From Vicugna vicugna (lineage: Eukaryota), in contig MU057989.1 of assembly GCA_013265495.1 (NCBI GenBank), forward strand, positions 1,815,513 through 1,879,512: 64,000 nucleotides of DNA, in the 5' to 3' direction. The notes under the pieces were generated by a model that was given only the letters and a program-made list of their open reading frames with translations, was not told where the DNA came from and searched no databases. Made by a program: the position numbers and the translations under genes. Shown in pieces: positions 1 to 12,682 of the stretch (its first letter is position 1; every line of letters starts with the position of its first letter).

Positions 1-232
1 ACCTTGCAGTTCTCAAACCAGGTGACAGAACCCACAAGTCTGTGTTCAGGTGTGGAAAGAACTTCATTATGAGGTATTTTCACTCAGTACCATAGAGACA
101 GCTCTCTCCATGAAACGTGATTCGAGTTTGAGTCTTTACGCAGAATTTTCTCTGGCCGCAGAATACTCAGGTGAATTTGAAGCATTAACAAAACTGCTTG
201 TGTGTGACCAGAAATCTCTCTCCCCTCCCCAG

Positions 233-320
233 GGTGTCACATTCCCAGCCATGCACTCCATGTGGTCGTCCTGGGCGCCCCCCCTCGAGAGAAGCAAGCT
301 TCTCAGCATTTCATACGCAG
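233..320 (+). CDS. SLC17A5: Sialin coding exon (human exon 4 equivalent), [29 protein letters not shown]
   Basis: ccccag|GGTGTC ... GCAG|gtgag; 88 bp; peptide is the SLC17/ACS-family motif [10 protein letters not shown]. Confidence 0.97.
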
Positions 321-696
321 GTGAGATAACTATTCTTTTACAGATTTTTGCTACAATTTGTTTTCTACACATCAGCCTCGGGGGAAGGGTGCGCGCTGGA
401 GTCACACAACATCAGGTACTTCCTTTGAGGGGAAAAGAAAGTTTCAGGGTATCAATTTATCAGTAATTTTGCTCTTTGGCTCAACAACATAAAGCAGTGT
501 GGCTTCACTGACTGTCAATTTCCCATCTGCCATCATTTGTTTCAAAACGTGCTGCCCTTTCAGATGTTGGTATAGAGAATGTTTTAACAACAACCAAAAC
601 AAACACAACAAATGAAAAAGGACAGTAGCTGGAAAATTGAACACCTTTGTGCTGAAATTGTGACTTTTTTTTTGAAGAGTGATTTTATTTAGGTCT

Positions 697-796
697 TTTT
701 TGAGGGGGAGGTAATTAGGTTTATTTATTTATTTAATTTTGAAGGAGGCCCTGGGAATTGAACCCAGGACCTCGTGCATGCTAAGCATGTGCTCTG
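697..796 (-). mobile_element. tRNA-Ala-derived SINE (Vic-1 type), 5' truncated
   Basis: gaacccaggacctcgtgcatgctaagc plus ggtaattaggttt tail. Confidence 0.85.
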
Positions 797-999
797 GTGA
801 CTTCTGATTTGATCATCTAATGAGCATATCCTGACTCCCAGCCCCTCCCATCAGACACTTTTGTTCTGTGCTTTTACTCAGTATCATTTAAATCTATAGC
901 TTTGAGCTCAAGCATTTATATATGAATTATAACTTTACCAGCTCACACATTGAATGAAAACTTTTTGACCTGACTGCTTTTAAATACGGTGGTTGAGAA

Positions 1000-1500
1000 A
1001 GGCCTCTCTGTTGTGGCTTTTTAAGCTAAAATCTGAAGGCTGAGGAGGAACCAGTCATGCAAAGAGCAAGAAGAGCCAGTCAAAATGGAATGTCCAGGGG
1101 AGGGTATAGCTCAAGTGATAGAGCAAATGCTTAGCATGCATGAGGTCCTGGGTTCAATCCCCAGTGCCTCCTCTAAAAATGAATAAACCTAATTACCCCC
1201 CCAATAAAATAATTAAATAATACAACAAATAAATACAACATAAAGCTCTTTGAAAAAAAAAAAAAGAATGACACGTCCAAAGGCTCTCAGGCAGGAAGTC
1301 ACAAAGGCTCAGGGTTAGAGAAATAGACAAGGACCAGGGCCGACAGGCCACAGGGAGGGACGTAGAGTCTTTTCTTTTTTTTCCAAAAATATGGTGGGAA
1401 GACACCAGAGGTTTTCAATCAAAAGAGAGACATGTTCCCATGTACATTTTAAGATGATTCTTGCAGGTGTGTGGAGATGGACGTAAAAAATCTTACAAGA
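1000..1500 (-). mobile_element. Degenerate L2 fragments flanking a SINE
   Basis: L2-like purine-rich sequence (tttaagctaaaatctgaagg...; tttaagatgattcttgcagg). Confidence 0.45.
1097..1265 (+). mobile_element. Vic-1-type SINE
   Basis: ggggagggtatagctcaag...ggttcaatcccc, aacctaattacccc, A-rich tail. Confidence 0.9.
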
Positions 1501-2056
1501 CTTTCAAGAGCAGGAGTTACCCATGGTTCCCCTTTGCCTATTGAGTAAAGTCTAAGCTCAGACTGGGGGTCGGGATCTTTTCCCGTCTTGACCACTCCAT
1601 TTCAGCCTCCTGGTCGCTGGACAGAGTGCCTGGCACCGAGCAGATCTTCAATAACTTCAAGCCTTTCCAGCCTTTATCTTCTGTTTCTTTCCTTCACATA
1701 CTTGAAGTTCCCAGACCCACTTTCTGTTTCCCTCCATCCATCCCTTTGCTCCCCGTCGCACCTGCCTCTGTTTTCTTTCTTACCTCCTTTCTTGTTTTGT
1801 CTTTGCAAAGTCTCCAGCTGCTCCTGCATCTTTTCCTGACCTCTGGAGGTCAGAGGTCATCTGTCCTGTATTTGAACTTGAACATTGCTTTGTGACATCC
1901 AACACTTTCTAACATGTAATAACTATTTATTTGTATTTATCTCCTATATAAGACTAAAACTTGAGAGCAGAAACAATGTCTGATTATTTTAGCTCCCACT
2001 GTGCTTTAACTAAGATGTCTTATATTTGGTGATTAAAATGCATTTTATTATTTATT

Positions 2057-2164
2057 GAGGGGGAGGTACAGCTTGGTGGTAGAGTGTGTGCTTAGCATGC
2101 ACAAGGTCCCGGGTTCAATCCCCAGTACCTCCATTAATTTTAAAAAAAGATAATATTAAAAAAA
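2057..2164 (+). mobile_element. Vic-1-type SINE
   Basis: tRNA-Ala-like head with A/B boxes and A-rich tail. Confidence 0.85.
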
Positions 2165-2635
2165 GTATTATATTATTTACTTATCTGAAATAGTTGTCTA
2201 TAATATATTGGGGGCAGATTAGCTTCATTCTTATTTTCATCGGGGTTGCTGCAACTACGTTATGTTTAGAGACCCTTTTTGAGCCTGTTCCCAAACACCT
2301 GGCTTTCTAACCCATTTGCTAGTAATGTGGCATTGACTAGCTCATGTTGTAATAGATCTTCTATTGATGGACACCTTCTAATTCATCAGTAGCTACATAT
2401 TGTAACTAATGAGACTACACATCAATGTATGTGTTTTACTTATTTTGGGTTTTCCAGTAAATGATCCCTTAAGAGAGCGGGGTGTTCATTGACATTTGTG
2501 GCTCATTCAGCTCCTGTAGGATTTAACCTGCTCCTTCTTTCCCCCTTGTCTGTTACCATCGTCTACAGGCAGTCGACTCGCCCCATCTTTGTTCATTTCT
2601 CCCCAGAGTTTACAAACTCTTTGTCCTTGTTCCAG

Positions 2636-2722
2636 GAGCACAGCTTGGGACAGTAATTTCTCTTCCTCTTTCTGGTATAATCTGCTTTTATATGAATTGG
2701 ACGTACGTCTTCTACCTTTTTG
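2636..2722 (+). CDS. SLC17A5: Sialin coding exon (exon 5 equivalent), (G)[28 protein letters not shown]
   Basis: ttccag|GAGCAC ... TTTG|gtaagt; 87 bp; phase continues from previous exon. Confidence 0.96.
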
Positions 2723-3319
2723 GTAAGTTTATTCAGAAATGTATAACCTACGACATAATGCAACAATCCAAAATGTAATTGTGTTCTAAAATTAGTTAAA
2801 AACATGTACTCCAATTCACTGCAGTCACCATCTCCTAAACCACAGAGCTCTCAAACACATACTGTTACCTATTTTTCAAGTTTATGTGGATAAAATGATC
2901 TAGCTGAGTTGTGACCTGATGTTAACATTGGAGTGTTTGTTCAGTAGGAGCTGCTGCTGAATCCAGGACTTAATGCCATGCTTGCTATCAGAGATTACTA
3001 CGTTTATTATAAAGATGTATATTTTGAAGATATTTCTTCTCAAGCAAAGTAGGATGCTCTCACTTGGAAATTTCAATCTTTTGTGTTTGTTTTAGTCTCA
3101 GGGCTTTTATTTCTCAGTCTCAGCAGCAGGATGATACACATATTTAATAAGTTAGATTACCACACAAACATTTATGCAGGGAATGTGTCTGCAGTCAAAA
3201 CAAAAAACAAATCAACAAACAAAAGCAAAGACCTGTGGAAATAATAGATTGTAGAAATCTGTTTTTTTTTTTTTAAGAAGATTTGTCTGGTAGACCCTGA
3301 TAGGCAGAATTGTACCTCT

Positions 3320-4100
3320 TCAGGTGCAAACTTCCAATTATAAAATAAGTCCTGGGATGTTGTTACCGAGTCTAAACTCACTCTGCTTGCCACACAACAG
3401 GCCAGTAAATTGGGAGACGAGGTATTGGGGCAAGGAATAACGACTTTATTCAGAAAGCAGACAGAGAAGATGGGGGACTAATGTCCTGGAGAACCGTCTT
3501 CCCCAAGTCAATTCAAGGCTCTTATACTAAAAAGGGGAGGGTGGGTGTGTTGATTGTTGCAAAACTTCTTGGTGTCTGAATCCTTTGTTCTTGCAGCTGT
3601 CAACTTGGGTCAGGTCAGGATGTTCTATAAACCTCCAGCAAGACACATGATATTTTCTGCTGTGCAATTTTTTATGTCTATATGAATGGAAAAGTGTTAC
3701 ACCCTTAAAGGTCAGAGCCTTGAGAATGAGCTATCTATTTCAGGCTCTAGGCAACATTGTTTTACCAGAGGTGCAGAACCAGCATGACTAGGCACTGGAA
3801 ACAGAGCAGAGGGTTAGAGCTAAAGGAACAAATCTAGTATGGGGTAAAATTTGTTCTTCTCTGTAACAATGTAAGGTACAGCAGCTGACTATAGTTAATA
3901 ATACCGTAGTGCATACTTGAAGGTTGCTAAGAGAGTAAATCATTAAAGTTCTCATTACAAAAACAGATTTTGTAATTTTGAACACTGACAGGTGGTACTT
4001 GACATATTGTAGTGAGCATTTTGCAGTGTGTATAAATGCGGAATCATGTTGTATACCTGAAAATGGTATAATGTATGTCAATTCTACTGCAATTTTTAAA
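3320..4100 (+). mobile_element. Old L1 (L1M-type) 3' UTR fragment interrupted by a solo LTR
   Basis: caaacttccaattataaaataagtcctggg ... gactatagttaat ... gttgctaagagagta ... tatgtcaatt. Confidence 0.75.
3361..3868 (-). mobile_element. ERV1-class solo LTR
   Basis: TGTTAC...GTAACA termini; 4-bp TSD ATGT (3357-3360 and 3869-3872); tttatt = minus-strand polyA signal. Confidence 0.88.
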
Positions 4101-4316
4101 AAGCTTGTTCTCTTCAAAATTTATAGAAAATAGTACATATAGTAACTATTTCATTGAATTATGAGAGGAACTTGAAGACTAAGCTAAAAAAAAGAAAAGA
4201 AAACTAATCTGAAACCAATTACAATGAGTTTATATAATTACCTTATTTTTTTCAAGGTGTAAAAATTGCTGTTGGTGTATTCGAATTGTATTTAACTGTT
4301 ACTTTTCTATTTTAAG

Positions 4317-4435
4317 GTATTGTTGGAATCATTTGGTTTATTTTATGGATCTGGTTAGTTACTGATACACCAGAAACTCATAAGACAATCTCCCCCTATG
4401 AACAGGAGTACATTCTTTCATCATTGAAAAATCAG
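4317..4435 (+). CDS. SLC17A5: Sialin coding exon (exon 6 equivalent), (G)[39 protein letters not shown]
   Basis: tttaag|GTATTG ... AATCAG|gtatgg; 119 bp; in frame. Confidence 0.96.
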
Positions 4436-4768
4436 GTATGGACTCTGGCACATTTTAAAAATAATTTCAGAATCTTTTTTCCTTCAGAATTAAGATACCA
4501 ATTTTAAAATAGATATTTATGTTGTGCATACTTTAGGCAAAGTAGAGTAGGCAAATTAAATAAATGTACAAAGTATTGGTTTGTTTTGTCTGAGAGATTC
4601 TAATAGTTTCTAGATTAAATATATGGAAAATTACTTTTCTAAGTTATTTTAAACCTTCTAGAGTAATGATTATCAAGTGGGTCTTCCTTGTCTTTCTTCT
4701 TAATTAGTAGAAAATAAAAAGTGCTGTTTAAAAAGGAATCATAGCTGCATTCTAAATGTTAGTTTTTA

Positions 4769-4960
4769 GGGGGGTGGGTATAGCTCAATGGTAGAGTGTG
4801 TGCTTAGCATGCATGAGGTCCTGAGTTCAGTCCCCAGTATATCCATTAAAAAAAAACCAAACCCTAATAATAAGTAAATAAACCTAATTATCTCCCCTTC
4901 CCCAAAAGTTTTTTTAAAATAAATAAATAATAAATACAAAATAAATATAAAATAAATAAT
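4769..4960 (+). mobile_element. Vic-1-type SINE
   Basis: tRNA head; TSD taaatgtt(a/t)gttttta. Confidence 0.9.
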
Positions 4961-5451
4961 TAAATGTTTGTTTTTAGAAAACTAGTGTATTTTTATCTGT
5001 ATGTTAAATGAGCATGATTTAACAAGAATGACAGCACATTTACTGGTATATAATAATATGATGTACACCTGTTTGCTCCTCTAGAGTAGATCTTTAGAAA
5101 AAAATTTATGCTTACTGAAGCAAAATGTATTTCACTTAATTGAGCACAATGGCAAGTCAGAAATAAAAGTCTGTCCTAATTTAATATAGTAAATTCTCAA
5201 GCCATGGAAACAAAATGCCTGCCTTTTGTGGAGATTAAAAGAAGACCATAAGAACATGAGGAAAAATTTAAATATATATAGTCTTTTCTTGAGCATTTTA
5301 ATGGCTTCAGAGTCACTGTATTGGTTTAGGAACAAAAAATACTTCATGTAAAACTTTTCTTGCCCATTAAGTTATTATAATTGATAGTATTAATTTTCAT
5401 ATATAGTAAACCAGGCAGTAATTAAACATTTACTTATACACATTTAAGTGG

Positions 5452-5583
5452 GGTTTTTTTGGGGGGGGGATTAGGTTTATTTATTTGTTCCTATATTTAT
5501 TTTTAATGGAGGTACCAGAGATTGAACCCAGGATCTTGTACATGCTAGGCATGCGATCTACCACTGAGCTATACCCTCCCCCC
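5452..5583 (-). mobile_element. Vic-1-type SINE
   Basis: ...ccactgagctataccctcccc. Confidence 0.9.
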
Positions 5584-5804
5584 ACATTTCAGTTTTTACA
5601 TTTGGCTACCAATGTCTCTACATTCTGCTGAACTTTAAGAAATATGGCATCCCTTGGTCATTGCCAAAGACTGGCCAAAGCTTAGGAGAAATCACTGATG
5701 AATATAGTAAAGAAAGCTACTTGGAGATCTCATTGTTCTCTGTGATGTTAACCAAATAGCTCACCCACCTTTTCCCCCAAGGAACAAATAAAAAGAATTT
5801 GATG

Positions 5805-6237
5805 CATCTGGAATACTACACACCCATAAAAAAGAATGAAATTTTGTCATTTGTGACAACATGGATGGATTTGTAGGGTATTGTGCTTAGTGAAATAAGT
5901 CAGAGAAAGACAAATACTGTATCTATATGTGGACTCTAAAAAATAAAACAAACAAACCACTATTAAAATAGAAACAGATTCAGAGATACAGAGAACAAAC
6001 TAGTGGTTACCAGTAGAGAAGGGGTGGGAGAGGGGAAAACAGGTGAAGGGGATTAAGAGGTACAAAGTGCTAGATGTAAACTAAATAAATTACAAGGATG
6101 TAGGTTGTGTAGAGCACAGGGGAAATATAGTCAATATTTTATAACTTTGCATAATCTGTAAAAATACTGAGTTACTATATTGTACACCTAAACTAATATA
6201 ATATTGCAAGTCAACCATACTTCAATTTAAGAAAAAA
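5805..6237 (+). mobile_element. L1 3' end
   Basis: ggaatactac...ataaaaaagaatgaaat...acaacatggatgga...tgtacaccta...acttcaat. Confidence 0.85.
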
Positions 6238-6974
6238 TTTGATATGTTTTCTCACATTTTTCTCAACATTGATGGTCAGTAGCTTGCTTCTTCCATTACT
6301 TCATTTTTACCATTATTTTTATGAAATTATGAAATCTTTCAGTGTATCCAGATTCTGTAGAAAGGTAGCTTAGTGTGTCCCCAGATATGTCCATTATCCA
6401 AATTCCTGTTGCTTACATTTGACAGGGAGTCTTTTTTTGTGAATTTATACATGGAAGATAACTCAAATATTTGTTGAAATGACCTTCATTCAAGACTAGC
6501 CTACCTATAGTCTAGAAGATTTTGCACAATTGACAAGAAATAAATTTTTGTTTTATCCTTTTCTGCTTCAACTTGTATGAAAAAAAAAAGCTGGTTGAGC
6601 TATTATTACTAATTTAATGATTCATTCTCCATATAAGATTCAAGACCTCATTCATTGTTCCTTCAAAAATTGCCTTGTTCAAATATCTAAAGAAAATTTC
6701 CTTTCAAAATGTTAGCTGGGCAAAGAATCTCTGAGCAATTAAAAAAGTTCCTTCCCAGTTTATTTTCATTTATCAGCAGTGCATTTTAGAAGAATATAGG
6801 GCTCGGATAAGAACTTTTATAATGTGTTTTGCCAACATATAGGTATAATGAATTCATAGAGAGGGTGGAAATTGCTTGATTGACAAGTCACCTCAGACAT
6901 AATGTTTTAGAAACAATAGCAAGAGGGTAGCTTCTGTTCCTAGAACATCAGAAAAATCTAGACCTTTATTAAGG

Positions 6975-7145
6975 TCTTACTGTAAACGGTCCTTTATGGT
7001 AGCCACTAGCCCCTGTGCCCATAAATTTTAATTGTAACTAATTTAATTAAAAATTCAGTTCCTTGGTCACACTAGTCATATTGCTTAATTGGGGAATGCA
7101 GAACATTTCCGTCATCTGCTAGAAGGTTCTGTTAGACAGTGCTAC
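6975..7145. mobile_element. MER3-like hAT DNA transposon remnant
   Basis: atggtagccactagcc...aaaattcagttccttggtcacactag...gttctgttagacagtgct. Confidence 0.6.
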
Positions 7146-7282
7146 CTTAAAACCTGGAAGGATTTTTTTTTTTTAATGTCTGCCAGATAATTGGATAGTT
7201 TCTCCTAGTAATATTTGAAAATTCATCTTTAACGTGAATGTTTTTACAAATGAAGACTTTCCTCCCTAAAATATAACTTATA

Positions 7283-7466
7283 GGGGGAGGGTATCGCTCA
7301 GTGGTTGAGCCCATGCCTAGCATGCACGAGGTCCTGGGTTCTATCCCCAGTAACTCTGTTAAAAAAGAAAGAAAGAAAGAAACAAACAAACAAACAAACA
7401 AACTTAATTACCTCCACACAAAAAATAAAATAAAATAACAGTTGAACTGACATTTTAAAAAATAAA
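7283..7466 (+). mobile_element. Vic-1-type SINE
   Basis: tRNA head; TSD taaaatataacttata. Confidence 0.9.
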
Positions 7467-7687
7467 ATAAAATATAACTTATAATGTGGCAATACTATAA
7501 ATTGATCTCACAATCCTCATTAGGAGAAAAGAAAACTATTGCTTTGTGCCCAGTTTACAAGTGAACACTAACATGTACATATCACGTTCTTCCTTCTAAT
7601 CCTCTGACTCCGTAGGCCACATACTCACTAAATAAATAGCTAGAGAACCTGCCGACTGTCAGGCTGTTCTTTCCAACACCCACCCCC

Positions 7688-8395
7688 AGCTTTACTGAGA
7701 TACACCTGATACATTACACTGTGTAAGTTTAAGATGTACAATGGTGATGATTTGATACACTCACATATTACAAAATGATGACCACAGTAGGGTTACTTGT
7801 CCCCTCACGTAGTTACCATTTTTTGTGTGTGTGAGAACATTTACTGTCTACTCTCTTAGCAGCATTCAAGTATGTAATAGAGTATTGTTAAGTACAGTCA
7901 CTGTGCTGTACGGTAGATCCCTATAACTTACTCATCTTATAGCTGGGAGTTTGTCCCCCACCCTCCAGTCCCTGGCAACCATCGTTCTGTTCTACTCTCT
8001 TAGCCTGAGTTCAGCTCTTTTTGATTCCACATATAAGTTATTCAGTATTTGTCTTTCTCTGTCTGACTTACTTCACTTAGTATGATAATCTCTAGGTCCA
8101 TCTATGTTACTGCAAATGGCATTATTTCATTCTTTTTTATGGCTGAGTAGTATTCCATTGTATAAATATACAACTTCCTTATGCAGTCATCTGTGGATGG
8201 ACATTTAGGCTGCTTCCATGTCTTGGTTATTGTAAACAGTACTGCTGTGAACATTGAGGTGCATGTATCTTTTCGAATTAGAGTTCCCTCTGGTTATATG
8301 CCCGGGAGTGGGATGGCTGGGTGATATGGTAATTCTGTTTTTAGTTTTTTGAGGAATCTCCACACTGTGTTCTATAGTGGCTGCACCAAACTATG
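7688..8395 (-). mobile_element. L1 3' end (ORF2 C-terminus plus 3' UTR)
   Basis: cacttagtatgataatctctaggtccatc...ggctgagtagtattccattg...ggctgcaccaaact. Confidence 0.88.
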
Positions 8396-8532
8396 GCTGT
8401 GGCTTTGATTCTCTTGGTCCAGGGTAGAGTCAGGCCACCACTGCTGTAGAAGAATATATGTTGCCCCTCCTTCTCTCCCCCCGCACCCCCTGCCTCTTTG
8501 ATAGATAGTGGAGAACCTAGAGGCATAGCTAC

Positions 8533-9104
8533 TGTTGCCGAAAAACCAGCCTCTGTACCCCAATGGCCAAATTGAGGCTCAGAGGCAGAGTTTTGGGAGA
8601 ATCAGAAAAGAACAGCTTTATTGCTTTGCCAGGCAAAGGGGAGTCACACAGGCTAATAATGCCTTAGAGACTGTGACTCCGTCTCGGCATTGGGGTCCTG
8701 AGGTTTTATAGAAAAACTGTACAGAACAGAAAGGTCACGACAATCAGGGCATTTTCTGGGGGTGGGGGTGCTGTATTCTTCTTAATCTTGATGAATCCAC
8801 CTGGTGTCACAGAGAAACTCCGGAGGGTCTGTTCATTCTCTGAGGCTGTCAGCCGGTGAGCACCTTCCTGGAGCACAGCTTCTGGGTTAAAGGATGAGCT
8901 GTTCTGGGCAAAGAATGTATAGGGAGTGGAGAGCGTGATGGAAAGGTTGGGGGCTGTTGAGCACAAAAGCGGCTGAGCAAGCAAAGAGGAAAATGGAGGT
9001 TTGTCAGAGAAAAGAAGAAAACAGCTGCTAGAGTTTTAGACCATAACGCATCAGCAGACAGCTTAGCATCAGGGGAGCCGTTTCATTAGTCTCCTGCTCC
9101 TTCA
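8533..9104 (-). mobile_element. ERV1-class solo LTR
   Basis: TGTTGCCG...CTTCA termini; 4-bp TSD CTAC (8529-8532 and 9105-9108); ctttattg minus-strand polyA signal. Confidence 0.82.
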
Positions 9105-9535
9105 CTACCAAGTCAGATCAAAAGTCCCTGGAAAAAAGGCGACAAGGAGGTGAATGCTGGTTCTTCCCCTTTTTGAAATAACCGTGAACCCTGGAGGCAG
9201 AAACATAGATGCTCCAGCTTTTGAGGAAGACACCGCAGAGCCTCAGTGTGTAGGAGACGCGTGGGTCTGATGCCCAGACCGGCGGGCTCCAGTTTCCTTA
9301 ATCCTGCGTTAGCACAGCCTGGGGCTGTGCGGGAGGAAGGGAAGAGGGGTGCCCGTCCGAGTATGTGCAGATTTACTGTGGTTATCCACATGTACTACTG
9401 TACCTGTGTACATCCTAAAGCTTATATAAAAATAGACTTTTTGAAAGGTGAATAAGATGAAATAAACAGAGTACACAGAAGTTTTGAATTTTACTGGGAA
9501 AAACCTTTTTATCACTTAAAAATGAGTAATGATAA

Positions 9536-9703
9536 GGGGGAGAGGATAGCTCAGGTGGTAAGAGTGCATGCTGAGCATGCCCGAGGTCCTGGGTTCAATC
9601 CCCAGTACCTCCATTAAAAAATCTGAATAAAAGTAAATAAATAAATAAGCAAGCAAGCCTAATTACCTCCTCCACCCCAAATATTTTTTTAATTAAAAAA
9701 AAA
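9536..9703 (+). mobile_element. Vic-1-type SINE
   Basis: tRNA head, cctaattacctcc, A tail. Confidence 0.88.
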
Positions 9704-9919
9704 CCCAACTGGCTAATCGAACCCATACATTAATCCTGGCAGGCAGGTGTGAAGTGGAATATGCTGTCGCCCTGCACTGAGGGCAGGCCAGCAGGTGTGG
9801 TGCCACTAGCCCCTTGGAGTCGGGGAGATCCTACGTGACTGTGCACACTCCAGGGCTGACCTGTATGTGAAATACTGATTCAGCTTAATTTCTTTTTTTA
9901 AAATTAAAGTAAGTATAAC

Positions 9920-10095
9920 GTACTGTACAGCACAGGGAACTGTATATCCAATTTCTTGTCATAACTTATAATGGAAAAGAATCTGAAAAGAAAATATTTA
10001 TCTGTATGTATATGTATAACTGAATCACTTTGCTGTAACTCCTGAAACTAACATTCTAAGTTAACTACACTTCAGTAAAAAATTTTTTTAAAAAA
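9920..10095 (+). mobile_element. L1 3' terminal fragment
   Basis: tactgtacagcacagggaact...ataatggaaaagaatctgaaaa...ctacacttca. Confidence 0.85.
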
Positions 10096-10482
10096 TGAAT
10101 AAAAGCAAGTATAGCCAGAAGCTCTATTCTGCCTTTCCACACCACCATGGATTCTCTTGCACACCCCTGGGGTGCTGACACCCTGCATTGGAGGCACTCC
10201 GGGTGCCGGGAGAAAGACCCTGCTGTTCCACAGTTCCTGTAAGTCATTGTAGTTGAATAAAGATTGGAGAACGAAGGATGAATCCTAATAGGACTTCCTG
10301 TCTCTTTCCTTCGCCCTCTTATGTCAGCCTCTGAACTCGATTATTAAACTGTTCTCTATTTTTTGAGGTGGAGAAATTAATACTGCAGTGTCCTCTGACC
10401 TTCAGAAGGCATATTTTGTTTGACATGATAGCTCTGAGATGTCTTGTCTGTTTTTTCTTCTCATCTGAATCATGGACTCTCT

Positions 10483-10610
10483 ATTTTATCTTATTTTTTG
10501 GAGGAGGAGGTAATTAAGTTTTCATTTTTTTTTTGTGGAGGTGCTGGGGATTGAACCCAGGACCTTGTGCATGCTAGGCGGGCACTCTACCACTAGAGTA
10601 TACGCTCCCC
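10483..10610 (-). mobile_element. Vic-1-type SINE
   Basis: tRNA head reversed; TSD catggactctct. Confidence 0.9.
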
Positions 10611-10694
10611 CATGGACTCTCTCTTGCTGTTTAATATTTCAAAAGAGTTGTTTAAAACTGGCATTTACTCATCAAGGTTGGTAATGTGTTCTAG

Positions 10695-11033
<339 letters not shown>

Positions 11034-11514
11034 TGATACACTAAATTCTAGTATCTCTAAATCTGCTCTTTTGGGCCTGGCTCGTTCTTTTCCTCAGTGT
11101 GTGTCAAGTCTTGATTCGGGGTGTCTTGGCTGGCAACACCTTTAACCATAAATGTCTTGCCCATCCCCAGTCACTGGTCAGGATCTCAGATGATAAATGC
11201 AGGTGGCACCCTAGTCCCTTCCTAAAGGGACGGCAGCGGGATTCTGCTGGCGGCCGAGAGGGAGGCGCGACGTGCTTGATTGGAGGTTGCTCTGCAGCGT
11301 GATCCAGGCGTTGGCAGAGCTGTGCTTGTAAAACTGGGTACGACGGGCCTTCCTGAAGCTGCCGGTTCCTTTTGAACTCATCCAACTGAGACAGTTCCTA
11401 TTATCTCTGTTGATGGATTTTGTCTTTAAAGAGATGGAAGAAAAGCTTTAAAGAGAAAGCGGCAGAGTTTGTAAGAAAAACCAGTAGTGTTTTTGCTTTC
11501 GAACTGAAGGATAA

Positions 11515-12224
11515 GTCAAGACCTAAATGTAAGAGCTAAAATGATAAAAACTCTTAGAAGCTGTACATCTTTGGGACCCTGGACTAGGCAGCAGTTTCTT
11601 ACATGTGACACCAAAGGCACCAGGGACCAAAGAAAAAAATAGATTGGACCTCATCAAAATGGAAAACTTCTGTGCCTCAAGAAACACTATCAAGACTGAA
11701 AACCTACTGAATGGGAGAAAGTATTTGCAAATCCTGTGTTTGATAAGGGTCTCGTATTCAGAATATAGAAAGAATTTATACAACTCAATGAGAAGATAAA
11801 TAACCCGATTTTTTAAATGGGCAAAGGATTTGAATAGACATTTGAAGATATTCAAATGATCAAAAGCCCATGTAAAGATGCTCAGCATCATGACTCATCA
11901 GGGAAATGTGAGTCAGAACCATAATGAGATACCACTTCACATCTGTTAGAATAAAAAAAGGGGGAGGGAGGGTATAGCTCAAGCGTCAAGAGTGCATGCT
12001 TAGCATGCATGAGGTCCTGGGTTTAATACCCAGTACCTCCTCTAAATATAACTAAATGAACCCAATTACCTCCCCCTCGTAAAAAAAAAAGAAAAAAAGA
12101 AAAAAAACCAGGTGTAGGTGAGGATGTAGAAGAAATGGAACTCTCATACATTGCTATTGGGAACGAAAAATGGTGCAGCCACTGTGGAAAATAGTTGGCA
12201 GTTCCCTCAAAAAGTCGAACATGA
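11515..12224 (+). mobile_element. Old L1 ORF2 3' fragment, interrupted by a SINE
   Basis: ORF 11605 (MTPKA...DLIKMENFCAS) is L1 ORF2-like; aaatgggcaaaggatttgaatagacat. Confidence 0.88.
11960..12107 (+). mobile_element. Vic-1-type SINE nested in L1
   Basis: tRNA head and A tail. Confidence 0.88.
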
Positions 12225-12515
12225 AAGACTCAGATATAGAAAACAAACTTATGGTTACCAAGGGGGAAAAGTGGGTGGGAAGGGGTAAATTGGGAGTTTG
12301 AGATTTGCAGACACTAACTACTACATATAAAATATATAAACAAGTTCCTACTGTATAGCACAGGGAACTATATTCAATATCTTATAATAACCTATAATGG
12401 AAAAGAATTTGAAAAAGAATACATATATGTATGACTGAATCACTATGCTGTATACCAGAAATTGACACAACATTGTAAACGGACTATACTTCAATAAAAA
12501 AGAATGCAAAAAAAA
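12225..12515 (+). mobile_element. Younger L1 3' UTR fragment
   Basis: gactcagatatagaaaacaaacttatggttacc...tatagcacagggaactatattcaatatc. Confidence 0.88.
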
Positions 12516-12537
12516 TTTTTAAAGTTAAATATGAAGC

Positions 12538-12682
12538 TTTTTTTTTCCTTTCTTGCAGAGTTGGGAGGAGGTAATTAGGTTCATGTATGTATTTATTAAG
12601 TAGAGATACTGGGGATTGAACCCAAGACCTCATGCATGCTAAATAAGCAAAACACTCTATCTCTGAGCTATACCCTCCCCCC
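12538..12682 (-). mobile_element. Vic-1-type SINE
   Basis: ...tgagctataccctccccc. Confidence 0.88.

Noticed and set aside
50..466. 138-aa ORF as a standalone gene
   Set aside because: Only 233-320 is exonic; the rest is intron read-through. The same holds for ORFs 10695..11036 and 14481..14708.
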